Shown in pieces: positions 36,077 through 49,403 of a DNA stretch of 64,000 nucleotides; the first letter of the stretch is position 1; the number at the start of each line of letters is the position of its first letter. Origin of the DNA: Octopus sinensis (Eukaryota); NCBI RefSeq assembly GCF_006345805.1, contig NC_043020.1:20460001-20524000 (forward strand), in the 5' to 3' direction. The position numbers and the translations under genes are program-made. The notes below the pieces were generated by a model that made no database searches, was not told where the DNA came from, and was given only the letters and a program-made list of their open reading frames with translations.

Positions 36077-36910
36077 GTATCTCTCAAATACCCTGATGGC
36101 TCATTAGAGGAAGTAGATAATTTCTGCTACCTAGGGGACCAAATTAGTAGTCGGATGCATGGAGGTGTGGCAACTAGAATACAAATAGGATGGAGGAAAT
36201 TCAGAAAGCTGTTACCACTGCTGACCATGAAAGGTTTCTCTCTCCAAGTGAAAGAAAGATTGTATGATGCATGTATACGGATAGCAATTCTACATGGTAG
36301 TGAGATGTGAGCCATGAATCCAGAGGACATGTGAAGATTAGAAAGGGATGAAGCTAGTATGCTCCGCTGGATGTATAATGTAAGTGCACATGCTCAACAG
36401 AGTGTCAGTGTTCCGAGAGAGAAATTAGGCATAAGAGGAATTTGTTGCTCTGTGCAAGAGAGAAGACTGTGCTGGTTTGGTCATGTGATGTGGAGGGATG
36501 CTGACAGCTTCATAAAGAAGAGCTGATCTCTCAGAGTGGATGGAACATATGTAAGAGGTAGACCCAGGAAGACACGAGATGAAGTACTGAAGAACAACCC
36601 CAGGAAGCTGAACCTTTCAGGCAAGATGACAAAGGAGTGAGATACCTAGCACCTGGCTGTACTCCAGAAGACCTGTACCCTGCAGATGAAGTGTTAGCAC
36701 CAATCCTTCTGACTGTGTAAAGCACTCATAGTGGTGCCATGTAAAAGCATCTGTGCAGTGCCACATAAAAGCTTCAGCACACTCAGTAAGGTGGTTGGTG
36801 TTAGGAAGGGCATCCAGCTGGCAGTAGAAACTATGCCAAATCAGACTGGAGTTTGGTGCAGCCCCACTGGCTTGCCAGCTCTGGTCACACCATCCAACCC
36901 ATGCTAGCAT
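36077..36910 (+). mobile_element. RTE LINE 3' portion
   Basis: EEVDNFCYLGDQIS, ILHGSE, RLCWFGHVM, RGRPRKT, then the family 3' UTR. Confidence 0.85.
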
Positions 36911-37856
36911 AGACACACACATACATGTAGGTGTGTATGTGTGTGTGTGTATGCATAGTGGTTAGGGGGTTGCACTCATGACCGAATGATTGTAGTTTTG
37001 ATTCTCATAATTCATAATTCAAAAAAAGGCAATAATTTTGATGTTAGATGGGTATAACTTTCAATGGTTCTCAAGCCTTATGTACCTGCCCTGCATAACC
37101 CTGCATTCAGCTCTAGAGTGAATTAAATACATTGTCAGAAGGGCACAATAATTTCTACCTTTGTTCAGTCTTACTAGGCATGTGTTTCTTTACATGTGTA
37201 TTTACCTTTAATGACTAAATTAATTTATAAAAGTGTTTTTTCTTGTGGGTGTATTACACACACACACATTATTCTTCCCATACGCATTCACCAAGAAACA
37301 CAAATGTAATCCCACCCAGACATAATCTTGCCAACATATACAAATACACACAATCACCCCCCACCCACCCAACACACATACACATGCAAATACATACATA
37401 TACACACTAAGTACACAAATCCCTTTCAAAACAACCAAAGTGTAAATAAAAAAGCAATATTATATTTCTAGAGTATTATTTACAACTTTTGTTAGGTTTT
37501 GTCTGATGTTTCTAAAAGTTTGTTGGGAAATGTTATTGCTATTGCAGTCGCAAGCTGTGCAGTTGTTGCTGCAGTAGCAACTGTTGTAGTAGTAGTAGTA
37601 GTAGTGAAGTTTGTCCAAACCATAAATTTGTTAGTGAAGAGACACTACTCCATTTGAAAATGAAAAAGGTGAGTTGTATTGAGTGAAAGCAATACCAATG
37701 AACAGAAGATGGTGCATAGGGGTGGTGGTATATGAAAAAGGTGGGTAGTAAATAGAGGGATGTGAGTGGGAAATAAAGGAAGTTAATGTCTCAGTTTGCC
37801 AGTCTCTTTCATTATGACATTATTAACACTTTAACACTATGTGTGTATGAGTGTGC

Positions 37857-37887
<31 letters not shown>

Positions 37888-38329
37888 ATATTTCAAGAAG
37901 AATTCAAGAAAAAAAAAGCTGTGTTTGAAAAATATTTCATTTTATTTTGTTCCAAATGATTAACTTAAAAAAATCTAAGTAAGAATAAAAATAATAATTT
38001 GAAATTCTCAGAAACCAGAGAAGAATTTTCAAATTTTAAAAATATAATAGAAAATAAATGTATGATCTTCAGAAACACAAATGAATGGAATTATTATTTC
38101 CCCACCCCCAACTGAGAACTATTTTCACCCCACAAACACTGAAAACTGTCACCAATTAACAGTAGTAGTATTTTATAACTGCTGTTATTTAGCTCCAAGT
38201 TGAACCCTGATTAAACGGGCTGAAATGTAGAGAAGGAATTTCAAACATTGCCAAAACTTGAGAGGCCAAAGTAAATGCAGCAAAGAAAAATGTTTTACTC
38301 AAGAGGAAATTAAGGGCTCAACTACCATC

Positions 38330-39000
38330 TAGGATGTAATCATGCTTGATATACAGAAAAAGACTAAGTAGGCATTCCACACAGGGTATCCAATGTAAAC
38401 TATGGGTACACAAATAGTGTTGTGGAATCAGACAGGTTGACAAAGACAGACATTGTATGTAGCAGAGGCACAGCAGTAGTCAGAACATTAGTGAAATAAA
38501 TTCTTTCAAATGCTCAAAGTTCTTTAGAAGCAGTTGATAGCTTCATTAATTAGGTGACCTAATTAGCAGTGGCGGTAGGTTCAAACGAATAGTAGCCAGA
38601 GTAAAAGTAAACAAGTTCACAGACTTTTTACCTCTGCTGGTAACAAAAGAGAATCATTCTTCAAATGTAGGGAAGATTATATGATGCTCAGGCAAAATGT
38701 GCAATACTGCATGGTAGTGAAACCTGAGCAGTATTGAATGCAGATGGTGAGTGAAAGCTGGAAAGAAATGGAAGGAGCATATTCCACCAAATGTGTAATG
38801 TTAGTGATTATGAAAGACAGAACACAAAATGCATTGAAAGAAAAACTGGATTTACAAAGCATCAGATTTAATGTGCAAGAGAGGAGACTGTGGTGATATG
38901 GTCATGTAATATGTGAAGATAAGTGTTGACAAAGTGCTAAGGGATCCAAGTGGAAAGAACCAGCAGAAGAGAAAGCCATAAGAAGTAGTAGTGAAGATTG
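38330..39000 (+). mobile_element. Old RTE fragment
   Basis: Degenerate homology to 15700-16180 (ttacctctgctggtaacaaa, ctgcatggtagtgaaac, gagaggagactgtggtgatatggtcatgt). Confidence 0.65.
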
Positions 39001-39504
39001 ACTGATTGCATAACAATGAATCTCATGACAAGTGGCAACAAGACTTGTGTAGTGGAAAAATCCATGCAAGTATAGAAAATGGATTATGTGTGCATGAATG
39101 TGTATTTGTTGAGAAAAATGAAAAACCAGTTCATTACGAAGTCCCTTGAAATATTTGTTCTGCATTGAGTCAACCTCACTATCAGAAATACTATGAACTA
39201 ATAATGACAGATTGGTTAGAAATATGCAACCAATGACAATTTTCACAAATTTCAATATAAAAATGTAAAGACATTCCAATCATAACAATCTTGTCATTTT
39301 CTTGAAGAATAGGGTATCAAAGCCTGTATTTTCTATTACTTTTTAAAAATTAAAAAATTTTCTCTGGTTTCTGATAATTTCAATTTTTTTTCAATGATGG
39401 AATGTGATATAAAAGAGATTTGGTTGATTTTTCTAACAATATGAATGACCACATGAAGTATTCTTTATTGGCTTGGAAGTAATTGTTGAGACAATGTAAA
39501 GTGG

Positions 39505-39640
39505 TTGCTGTTAGGAAGGGCATCCAGTTGCAGAAACCATGCCAGAACAGACAATGGATCCTGGTGCAGCCTCTAACTTTAGAAGCTCCTGTCAAACTAT
39601 CCCAGGCCAGCATGAAAAATGGATGTTAAATGATGATAAT
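39505..39640 (+). mobile_element. RTE 3' tail fragment
   Basis: gttaggaagggcatccag..agaaaccatgcc..agcatgaaaaatggatgttaaatgatgat. Confidence 0.75.
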
Positions 39641-39779
39641 GATTGATAGCAGACAATAAATTCCAGTACATGATTGTTAATGACTTTATTGAGAGACCTA
39701 CAGAAATGAAAGTTAAAGTCAGTTTAGGCAGGATTTGAAACAAGAATGAAATACTATAAAGCAATATCCTGCAATAATA

Positions 39780-40022
39780 ATAATTTCTACTATAGGCATA
39801 AAAACTAAATTTTTTTTGTGGGGAGGAGGAGGAAGAGGGGTTAGTTGATTACAATGACCCTAGTGCTGAACTGATACTTATTTGATCACCCCCCCCCTAC
39901 TGAAAAAAAAAAGAGGAAAAGCAAAGTTGACATCAGGATTTGGGCTCAGGATGGAAAGAGTCGAAAGAAATGTGGCTCGGCATTTTGTTTGACATACCAA
40001 ACGATTCTGCCAGCTTCCTGCC
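39780..40022 (-). mobile_element. tRNA-derived SINE, same family as 6520-7190
   Basis: ttctactataggcataa..gttgattacaatgaccc..ggatttgggctcag..gattctgccagct. Confidence 0.6.
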
Positions 40023-40050
40023 TTATTATTATTATTATTATTTTTATTAC

Positions 40051-41083
40051 TACCTCCGCCTTAGTGAAGGCAGTGGTATTATTTTCAGTCATGTTTGTTT
40101 GTTTGTCCATGGGCAAGATATCTCAAGAACCACTGGATGGATTCAGATGAAACTTTCAGGGATGTTTGGCCCTGTGACTGGCACGTACTGATTAGAGTTT
40201 GGGATTGATCCGGTATTGGACAAGGATTCTGGATTATTTGTTATATTTACTTTACATGAAATGTTACGATATTACATTCACTTTCAAGTCTTTCTCTGAT
40301 TATCTCCTTAGAAAGCACAAACATGGTTTCCACGTAAGTTATGGTGGCATTATTTTCATTTTTCTGTTATCAATTTTACTCGCATCTCTATCTTAGTAGA
40401 AACTGATGGATACATAAACCAAACTACATAAATAAACAACAGCAAAACTGTTCAGAAATTAAATAAGACTAACATATTCAGTAATAATAATAAATTTAAT
40501 TTATCTAAACAATTTTTAGTTTTACCAATTTTGAATATATTGCACCTGTTTAAAACTTCTGACCTACTTGACAATTGCATTTCTAGCTCTGCCTTGAAGG
40601 AAGCTTTACTTCTTGGATTCACATTTTTGTGTGCAACGATGTTGTTAAACCTCCATTAACAGCACTGTATGCAGGTCCTTTCCATTTTCTTTCATGGACG
40701 GATAAATTTTTCCCTATAGACCTTAATGGTCATAAAGATACTATATCAGTGGATAGACTGAAAAAGGCCTTCAAAGAGAAAACTGTTCCTGTTCCCATTG
40801 CAGACGACACACACATAACATTACAAACATGGCCTGTGCACCCACCTTCACATTCCATGACTACCATTGGGATCAATCAGGTACCAGACAAGGATTCTGG
40901 ATCATTTTACCAGTTTTTTTAACTTAATTTTTGAGAGTGGTTGGGTTCATTTTTAGTATTCTTGTTCGTGAGAGCAGTCGAGTTTATTTCAGATATTCTC
41001 ATTTTAAAAGTCATCTCCGGTAAATCATTGAGAGGACATTGGTGTTGCCTTGGCGGAGGTTTGCGTTCTCTGAGTGCTCTTGT
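40051..41083 (+). mobile_element. Helentron-associated non-autonomous element (DINE-1/HINE-like)
   Basis: 5' subTIR acctccgcc (40052-60) with adjacent inverted partner, gtttgtttgt microsatellite core, 3' subTIR ggcggaggt (41052-60), 3' hairpin gcgttctctgagtgc, T-rich flanks. Confidence 0.8.
40590..40860 (+). mobile_element. Gypsy/Ty3 integrase C-terminal fragment
   Basis: HIFVCNDVVKPPLTALYAGPFHFLSWTDKFFPIDLNGHKDTISVDRLKKAF (GPY/F module). Confidence 0.85.
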
Positions 41084-42943
41084 TATTAAAATTATCAATA
41101 GTAGTAGATACTATCAGCCCCAGTACTTAATTGGTGCTTTAGTTTATCAACTCTAAAAGGAATGCAAAAATGACCTTGGAGGAACTGGAACTCAGAATGT
41201 AAAAAGCTGTAAGTAATTATGTGTATATAAGAACAGTAATTCTACACAGATTAGTACAGGTGGGTATGTGGTGTGTGTGCAAGTGCACACCACACTCTGT
41301 ATGTCAACTCGGGTGGTGAACTTAATCTATCATCTAACTTAATACTACAATCTGGTCTTTGGACTGACTCTGTTAGAAGCATGTTGACTAAATCTCTAGT
41401 TTGAGGATAAGTTTCTACCTTCTGTACCAGTCACAGAAGCCTCAACAGGCTCTGCCTCTTCTCACTGTTACTTTTCAAAAGTATAGAAATTTTACTTGAG
41501 CCATCTTTCTTTAACCTTTCTTCTCTATCTATTGTCACTAAAATCACTGCTAATAATGACACTGAGTAGAAAAACATTTCCATTGCAACTTGCTATTTCA
41601 TCTTACCTCTGCAAAAAATGGTTTGTAGTTTAGTGTCAATGTACAAAACAATAACCATCACTATGGTTGCTGCTGCTGCTGCTACTACTAAGATAATCAC
41701 TTCAACCAATATTAAAGCTATTGCCACTTCCCCTTCCTCCTCCTCCTCTCACTGTTCACTTCCCATCCAGTTTCCTTCTGCCCTTTAAACTAGATGTTAA
41801 AAACCTATCTTCCTTTTTCTCAATGTCCTGTCCTAGGATCTGGAAGGAAAGACAACTACCACTACTACAACTATAACAATGACAACTATAAAAATAAATA
41901 CAACTAAAAGAAAAATATTCATTCTATTGTTTTACTTGCAAGTGTCAGTTGAATTAACTACAATACATATGTGTATAAGCATGTGTGTCTTTCTGCATGC
42001 ATAAAGACCTGTGGATGTATATGTGTATGTGTAATTATCTGTCAATGGGAAGAGGTGTTGCTGCAATATTTCAAAGAAATACTCAAACCACAATAGGGGA
42101 AGGAAAATTACAAACCTCCATCACCCACCACCACCACTTCTACCTCAGCAGCCTGTTCCTCCACCAAAGCCTACAAGTAAATGTTCTCTAAAAAAAAGGC
42201 CTAAATATTATCACTTCTCTATAACTTACTTATTTAAAATTGTGACATGTATGTCATCATGCATATGTATACATGAGATTATGTGTGTACATATGCATAC
42301 ATGCATACATATATACACACACGTAATCACAATATAACCTAACATTCTAATGGAACTAATAATTGTTTGACAAACTGTCTCATGCTGACCTCAATTATTT
42401 ATTTTTGCGTGCGCACACACACACAGGTTGTTCCCATGACCCTTCACTAGAGTGCTGGGTCCAAGCAGAGGTAGAAAGTCAAACAAGACAAAGTGCCAAA
42501 TGTGTGGTAATTTTGTACTACATTAATTAATAACTGTAGATGAAATAACTGTCAGAAATTCATTGTGACAAATAAAAAAACGACATTAATATATCTGTAT
42601 TTCAGCCTTAGATCGGTGCCATACTGCCATGCAAACATCAAAGGGGAACCTTAATGAAAATGGATATAGGCAATGCTCTGTAGACATATGCATTTGTGAA
42701 TATCTACCTGGATAGAGGCATGAACCCATATTGCTGATTTCTGGGAACAAAATGAAGAGTATTGGCAGCCTTCAAACATTTGCCAGGATATTAACATTGG
42801 AATGCACAAAGAGCATCTATGTGGTTTGTTTTCCTGCTACATAGCTGCAGTGCAGCATGTCAGAAGAGGGTCTTTTATTATGGCCTGATTAATATGTGTG
42901 TGAAATTTGGAAGGTAGAAACTGCATAGAAGCTTGTGTGTGTG

Positions 42944-43005
<62 letters not shown>

Positions 43006-43074
43006 TACATATATATAGAGAATTCACAAAAAAAAAACAACAAAAGATGAAGACAGGTAGTGTAGACAACAAAC

Positions 43075-44262
43075 AGATGTATTAGTTTAACGTTCGGGAA
43101 GTGAAAAAAGTCTTTAAAATTTTGAGCCTATGCTTTTTCACAGAAAGGAACACAGAAAGAAACAAAGGAGAGAAAATAAAGAATGTGTAGTGACTAGCGA
43201 TCTATCATGGTAAATGCCAGACAGAGGGGAGTCACACAAGAGAACTAGGAAGAAGGGGAGATAATAAAGTAGTTGTGATCCCAAAACGAAGGTGCACATG
43301 TGTGTATAAGAGAGCATGTATTTGCGTGGGAGCAGGCTGGTGACCTTGACGTGTGCGTGTGTGCATGTGTAGGTGTGTGGATGATGGTGCGGGGCTGGGA
43401 AGTGGTCAGTGCTAGTGTGTGCATCGTTGTGTGATATGGTGTGTGGTGTGGTAGTGTTGAGATGTGGGGGAGGTGAGAGTGGGGAAAGCAAGGGTGGGGT
43501 GTGGGTTAGACTGAGTGTGGGGGTAGAGGTGGGGGTATGTGGAAGTGGGTGTGAGGGATAGGGTGGGGGTGGAATGGGATGGATAAGGAAGGTGGGGTTG
43601 GATTGTGTAGGGGTAGAGTTATGAGGGAAGGGAGAGGTTGGGTAGGAATGAAAAGAAGAGAGAAGGAGAGTAGAAGTGAAGAGAAGTAGGAGTCAGAGCA
43701 AGAAAGGAGAGGTGGGTGGGAGGAAAGAGGTGTGAGGGAAGAGAGGAGAGGGGAGTTGAGCCCATATGGTGCAAAGGAGCAAAGAGAAGATTAATCCCTG
43801 TTCACGGCGAAGACGGGAGACCAGATGGCACCTGTGCAAGGACAATCCAAACACAGACAGGTGTTGCAATAATGGTGTGAAACCAGGGTGTCACTGCTGA
43901 GTTGGATGTCTTGGAGGTGTTCAGTGAATCGGTTAGCCAAGCAGCGTCCCGGCTGCCCAATGTATAGAGAAGGGCAGAGAGAGCAGGAGATGCAGCAGAT
44001 GACATTGGTAGAAGTGCAGGTGAAGGTGTTGGTGATATGATAGGGTTGATGATGGGTGCCAGTGAGGAGGGTGGTGTTGGAGAGGTAAGCTGGGTTGGCA
44101 GGTTGGGTTAGAGAAGAAGCTGTAGACCAAGAAGTCCCATAGGTTGTGGGCTCGTTTGAAGGAGGGGAGGGGTCGGTTAGGGAAGATGTGTGAAGTGGAG
44201 GTGTTGGACTGGAGTCACTGGAAGGCTTGGAGAATGGTGCGTTGGAGAGTGACACAGCATTC
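43075..44262 (-). mobile_element. 5'-truncated Penelope-like element (GIY-YIG plus pseudo-LTR)
   Basis: FTCTSTNVICCISCSLCPSLYIGQPGRCLANRFTEH, C-terminal FAPYGLN, C-rich 3' region, degenerate hammerhead at about 43113-43144. Confidence 0.85.
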
Positions 44263-44267
44263 TGTGA

Positions 44268-44385
44268 AGTGGAGCTAAAAGCATGGGTTGATGAATTTTT
44301 TGAGTCAAGATCCAGTGATTTCTACTGTCAGGTCATTGACAAGCTAGTGGAATGTTGACAAACTGGTAAAATACTTTTATCTGAA
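44268..44385 (+). mobile_element. Mariner transposase C-terminal fragment
   Basis: ELKAWVDEFFESRSSDFYCQVIDKLVEC*Q. Confidence 0.7.
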
Positions 44386-45421
44386 AAAGGTTGTGAAAAT
44401 TTGTTAAATCAAATTAAGGGATGTTGAAATGTCATCAGAAGATGAGAGGAGGTACATACTTGTGGTGGGGGAAATAAAAGGTAGAAGATAAAAGAGAACA
44501 AAGATGAAAGCAATAAAGTGAAACAATTTTAGACGCCCATGCATTGAGTGGTTTTTAACCTGGTAATTCTGTAACAAGTGATTTTTGAAGTCTCTGCATT
44601 TTTCATTTATCTCTGCATACATAGAGATCCTATGGCGATTTTTGAGAATTTTTCTTCTCTTTGCACAAATCCAAACATATTCCCATTTTGTCAGGTTTAG
44701 AATATTTTATGATTTTGCAAATAACGATGTAGTCTGAACTTGTTTTATTGTAGCTATGGATGGCTAATTATGTTATTGTCGTTTTCCTCCAGGTTTAAAG
44801 AAGAATGTACAACAATAAAATCACTACATACATTTTTTCCTGTCATGCTAATGCTTATCTTTTCATATCACCTCAAGGCTTGGTTTTTATAGAGGTGATC
44901 ACCACTTCATAATTATGGCTTCTACAGTGCAGATAAATCCTGCAATGTAGAGGTCATAATTTTTGTGCGTATGCTCTCTCTCACACACATTGAGCAGAGA
45001 TGATAAGTTAGTTCATTAGCTAATTACATAACTAATTAACTGAATAAATCTTATTATTACCATTACATTTACAGCGGGAAAATGAACTTGTGGCAGTCAT
45101 ACATTTTTTCTCAAAGGGGAATAAGTGGTGTTCAAAATGTGACCACAGAGTAGGTTATGATCTTAGCTTCATTAATTACCAAACTGTATATATGTGTGTG
45201 TACATATACAAAGGAAAGATAATATTAATTATGAGTGAGATTAATGTGAACTACCATCAGTAAATTTCAGAAAACAGCCAGTTGAAATGACTACTTCAGA
45301 TATCCAGGTAACTAATTTGGTGACAAAGTCAGGTGTACTATACTTAATACTTCCATGAAACAACTAACAAGATATGTATTTTAATCAAAAATATTTCCAA
45401 GAAACTTACATTCGATGACCT

Positions 45422-45632
45422 ATTTCAACAGTTGGCACTGGAGATTTCAGTGAAGTGAATTGTATGTAGCCATAATACTCATTCACAGCTAGGCAGACTG
45501 GGTACCAGTAGTGAAGCACACTTCCCAATGGTAACTATTTACAGCTATGTAGACTGAGGATAGCAGTGAACTGTATCTTCCTCTTGACTTGGAATCTATT
45601 TACAGTCCGGTAGACTGGATATAGTAGTAAGT
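45422..45632. repeat. Degenerate four-unit repeat-spacer array
   Basis: ~35-nt units at 45422, 45481, 45537 and 45598 (consensus ATTTACAGYNNNGYAGACTGGRTAYAGYAGTGAA) separated by unrelated 21-26 nt spacers. Confidence 0.7.
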
Positions 45633-48600
45633 CTCTGCTGACTGTTCACTTTTTGATTTTATTAATATTTTATAAACTCTCTAAGATACCTGCTTTTATC
45701 ACACTACAGTTTTATCTATGGTAAACTGATCTAGTTGCTCATTCAGTCTTTCCAGAGTTTCCTTTATAACTTGTCAACTAAACAGTTTTAATAAACTTGT
45801 TATCCCTAGCAAAAGTATTTAAAAATACAAAATACATAAATATTAATGACTTGAGAAAAAGCTTCACCATTACAAAATATTCACATTACAATGGGAGCTC
45901 TACAACAAGTCAATGATGGAACTTTGCGAGCTAACAAGTGGACTTCCAAACCAATAGAGAGGCTTTATGTGGTCACTTAACCATACAGAAATAGTAGCCA
46001 CATTTTCCTCATATCAAATCTACCATCTTAAAGAAGAAAATCACATCGGAACATGTGAACTCGGATGCACACTGCCTTAAAAAGAAAAAAAAAAATCCCA
46101 AGTGGACATAGATCTACTTGGGATAATCAAGGGCTAAGCAATGACAACAAGATACTACAATGGTCCTTAAATCTCTAATTACACCAGATAAAACAGTGGA
46201 ACCAAATCACAGCTCATAAAATTGCGTAAATGGATTGCCGTTGATTTCAACACTGAGTATTCAGGTGTTCAATCAACTGAACTACCTATTGGCTGGATTA
46301 CAAAGTTGAGTATTCCTCAGACATGTATAAAATTAACCTAATTCTCAAGCAGAACCAGTGCGACAATGCGACAAAGCTGGATTTTGAGTTATAGATAAAA
46401 TCTATCCAATAGGCTCCCATACAGTTTCTGTATTGACCCAAAAATATGGTAAAAGCCTCTTGCCCCAAATACCACTAAATGGGATTGAATCTGCAACTCT
46501 GTGACTGTGAAGCAAAATTCTTAGCTATTCAGCTATACTACAAGTAATAAAGGAACACTAACAGAACAAGGCATCAAACAAGAAATACAATAATTCAAGA
46601 TAAAATTCAGTAAAACTATCTAAATACGCATAATAGTTCTATTTCATTTCAGAAATGAAAATGAAGAAATCACTGTTTTGACTGAGACAAGAACAACATT
46701 TTTTCCCTCTCAATTGTACGGAGTTAAATACTTCAATGTAATGAAATAGTTGATTTAAGTAGTGGAAAAAGTGACTATAATTAGGAGTAGGTTGCAAATG
46801 TGATGTATATTAAACCTTGTTTGTTGTTTACTTGTATTGTATATTGGGTTGTTGTTTTTGAATTTTGGATTTTTAATACCTCTTTTCTCCAAGAATTCTA
46901 GTAAGAAATGATTTCTAAAATGGAAAAAAGAAGAAATAAAAAAGAGAAATAGAAGCAAGTAAATTCTTAAATTTATTGCTCCTAGATATCACATTCTTTT
47001 CATCAAATTAAATTTCAATAATCTGAAACCATTTAGTACATTAATTTCCTCTTAAGAGGCATTCAAGTACATAGCGAGTTGTTATTTAAGAGGAATTCTG
47101 CCTTGAAATTTGAGAACAATATGAAAAATAAAAATTGATTTTACAGACCCTCAAGGAATAAGGCAAGTATGTATTGAGGAAAGTAGGTAGAGAATTTTTG
47201 TGTGTAAAACTGTTGCTGTCAAAATTTTAATGACTTGAAAGAGCAACATGCCAACAAAACACATTACAACACAAAATCTTTCTCAGCTAAAATAACAACA
47301 AAAGTTATTTCACAGTCGTCCTCATGACTGTCACTTTGACACTTTCATCATTAGTTTAATGTTTCATCCTTCTATGTTGTGAAACAATGTTGAATGGATC
47401 CTACATCTACAAACATTGACCAATAATATAATGTCTGGTTATAGACATGGCCTCATTTCCTCCTTCCCACTGAGCTAATCATATGTTTATAATTTAGTTA
47501 TACCACTGAAACCCATTTCCCTTAGATACTCACAGACTTGCTGTTCACTAGATTTGCTGCCATGATATGCCATTTTTTACGTAATTAGTCAGAAACAGAA
47601 AATCAGAGTCCAAGACTTTGCAGGCCATCCCAAAATGATTCAATCAAAGCAGTTAATATTCAGTGTGAATAGTTAATTAAAAATCCATGGGCTGAAAGAA
47701 ATTCTACAGGGGCAGAAAAAAAGGGAAAAAGACAGGTGGACTTTTGAGTGGAAACATGAAGCAGATAACTACTTCAGAGGAGTAGGGGCTGTCACAGAAA
47801 CCAATTCACTGAAAGTCTCTGTTAATCTGAACTAAATAACTGACAGAAGATAAAGCATGTACAATGATCAAAGATTGTTGAACGAGTCAAAATGGCCATG
47901 GTTAGGATAGCCTTTGTTTTCAATGCAGTTTAGGATAATTCTGAATATAACAACAACACTGTACCAGATATGTGACCAATACATCAATAAATGTGTTGTA
48001 TTTGACATTTGTACAGTCAGTAACTGGTCAGTGTTGAAATTGTTTAGATCTATATCAACCTTGATCAAGCATACTAGTTAAAGGCATTCCAGCTGTGATC
48101 TACATTTAAGTGTTGTTTCTTTTTCTCGAGATGATAGTGTGTTATTCAAGGATTTCATCATTATTTCCAGGAAGTTGAGCAGTAACATAAGTGCTCTTTT
48201 GTTGGCTCAAAAGTATTTTCTAGGCTTGAAGAGAAATTCTAGTGTTTGAGATTAAGGTTGCTACAAAATACCATCAGAGGTGGTGAAAAGAGCTTCAATC
48301 AAATGTTATTCATATGTAGACAGGATGAAAGACATTGAGCAGAAATGTTTTAAGAATGAGTCCAAGAGTGACCTACTAGAAATAGCAGCCAGATCTCCTT
48401 CAAACAACTTCCTTACTAATATTTTAGAAAGTAATATACTGAATGACGTGACCCAGCATCCCTTAATAGGAAAAAATCAAAATGGCTATGGTTAGAATGC
48501 CTTTTATCATAAATCTTCTCAATCAAAGCTGACCTAGAGTTGAACAACAATTATATTTCTTTTAATTGCTGTCCTTAAGCTCCCCTCTCACTGCTGACTA

Positions 48601-49403
48601 TTTTTATCCACCAATTATCATCATACTACCAACTCATCACACCTTTTTCACACAGCAAGCATTGTCTATTCTAATTTCATTTCATGTATTGAAGCTGTGA
48701 CATCTCTTGTGTGTTCAATGAACAAAACTACTTTCTTGGCACTGGACAGACACTTTACAAGTCAGCATGAGCCAACCAGAATTGTGAAGGAAATATAATA
48801 TACAAGATTGGTGATTTCTTTAACTGTCCTCTCTGGTTCATCAACTTAATTAGACAGCAGTAATGTTTTTGTTCTTTCTCGAAGAAGAAAACTTGATTCT
48901 GTAAGTGACCATTTACCAAACAGTGAGGAACAGATAGCAGATCATTTTGACAACCTACAGTTGTCATATTTTCCATTTGTCAGTATTTCATCCACAATAG
49001 TCTAAAGTTAAGTACTAACAATAATGATAATTTCTATATTAATTGAGACATTAAATAAAGCTGAGGAGTAAAATCAATACTTCATATACATTGGAAGTGG
49101 GTGTGGTTATATAAATGTGTGCAGTTGTTTTGTTCACTGAAGCTCTGTCAGTATTTGGGAGATAGAGTCTTTCTCTTGCCATACAAATGTATGTCTTTTC
49201 ATCAGGATGGTCTCTGCATATATGTGGAAAGGAGTGCATGACATACATATGTGTGTGTGTGTGTGTGTGTGCACACGCACATACATGCACACGTGTGAGT
49301 ATGTGTTACATAACATATGATTGCTTCATTGAAAAGTTGCACCTCAAAATGAAATTTCAGATCTTAAGGTTCAAAACTGGTCTACAACTTACAAAATTCA
49401 TTT

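Noticed and set aside
41250-41545. Protein-like minus-strand frame DREERLKKDG..LLRLL*LVQKVE..
   Set aside because: Internal stop, no family recognised, weak splice signals; expected by chance in AT-rich DNA.
45422-45632. CRISPR array interpretation of the repeat-spacer pattern
   Set aside because: Eukaryotic context, repeats only roughly 65-75% alike, four units, no cas genes or leader.
48705-48995. Protein-like minus-strand frame TIVDEILTNG..
   Set aside because: Three in-frame stops and no recognisable homology.
49165-49205. Minus-strand CUGAUGA..catac-attt-gtatg..GAAA
   Set aside because: Extra unpaired bases on both sides of the hairpin and no helix I; at best a very decayed remnant.
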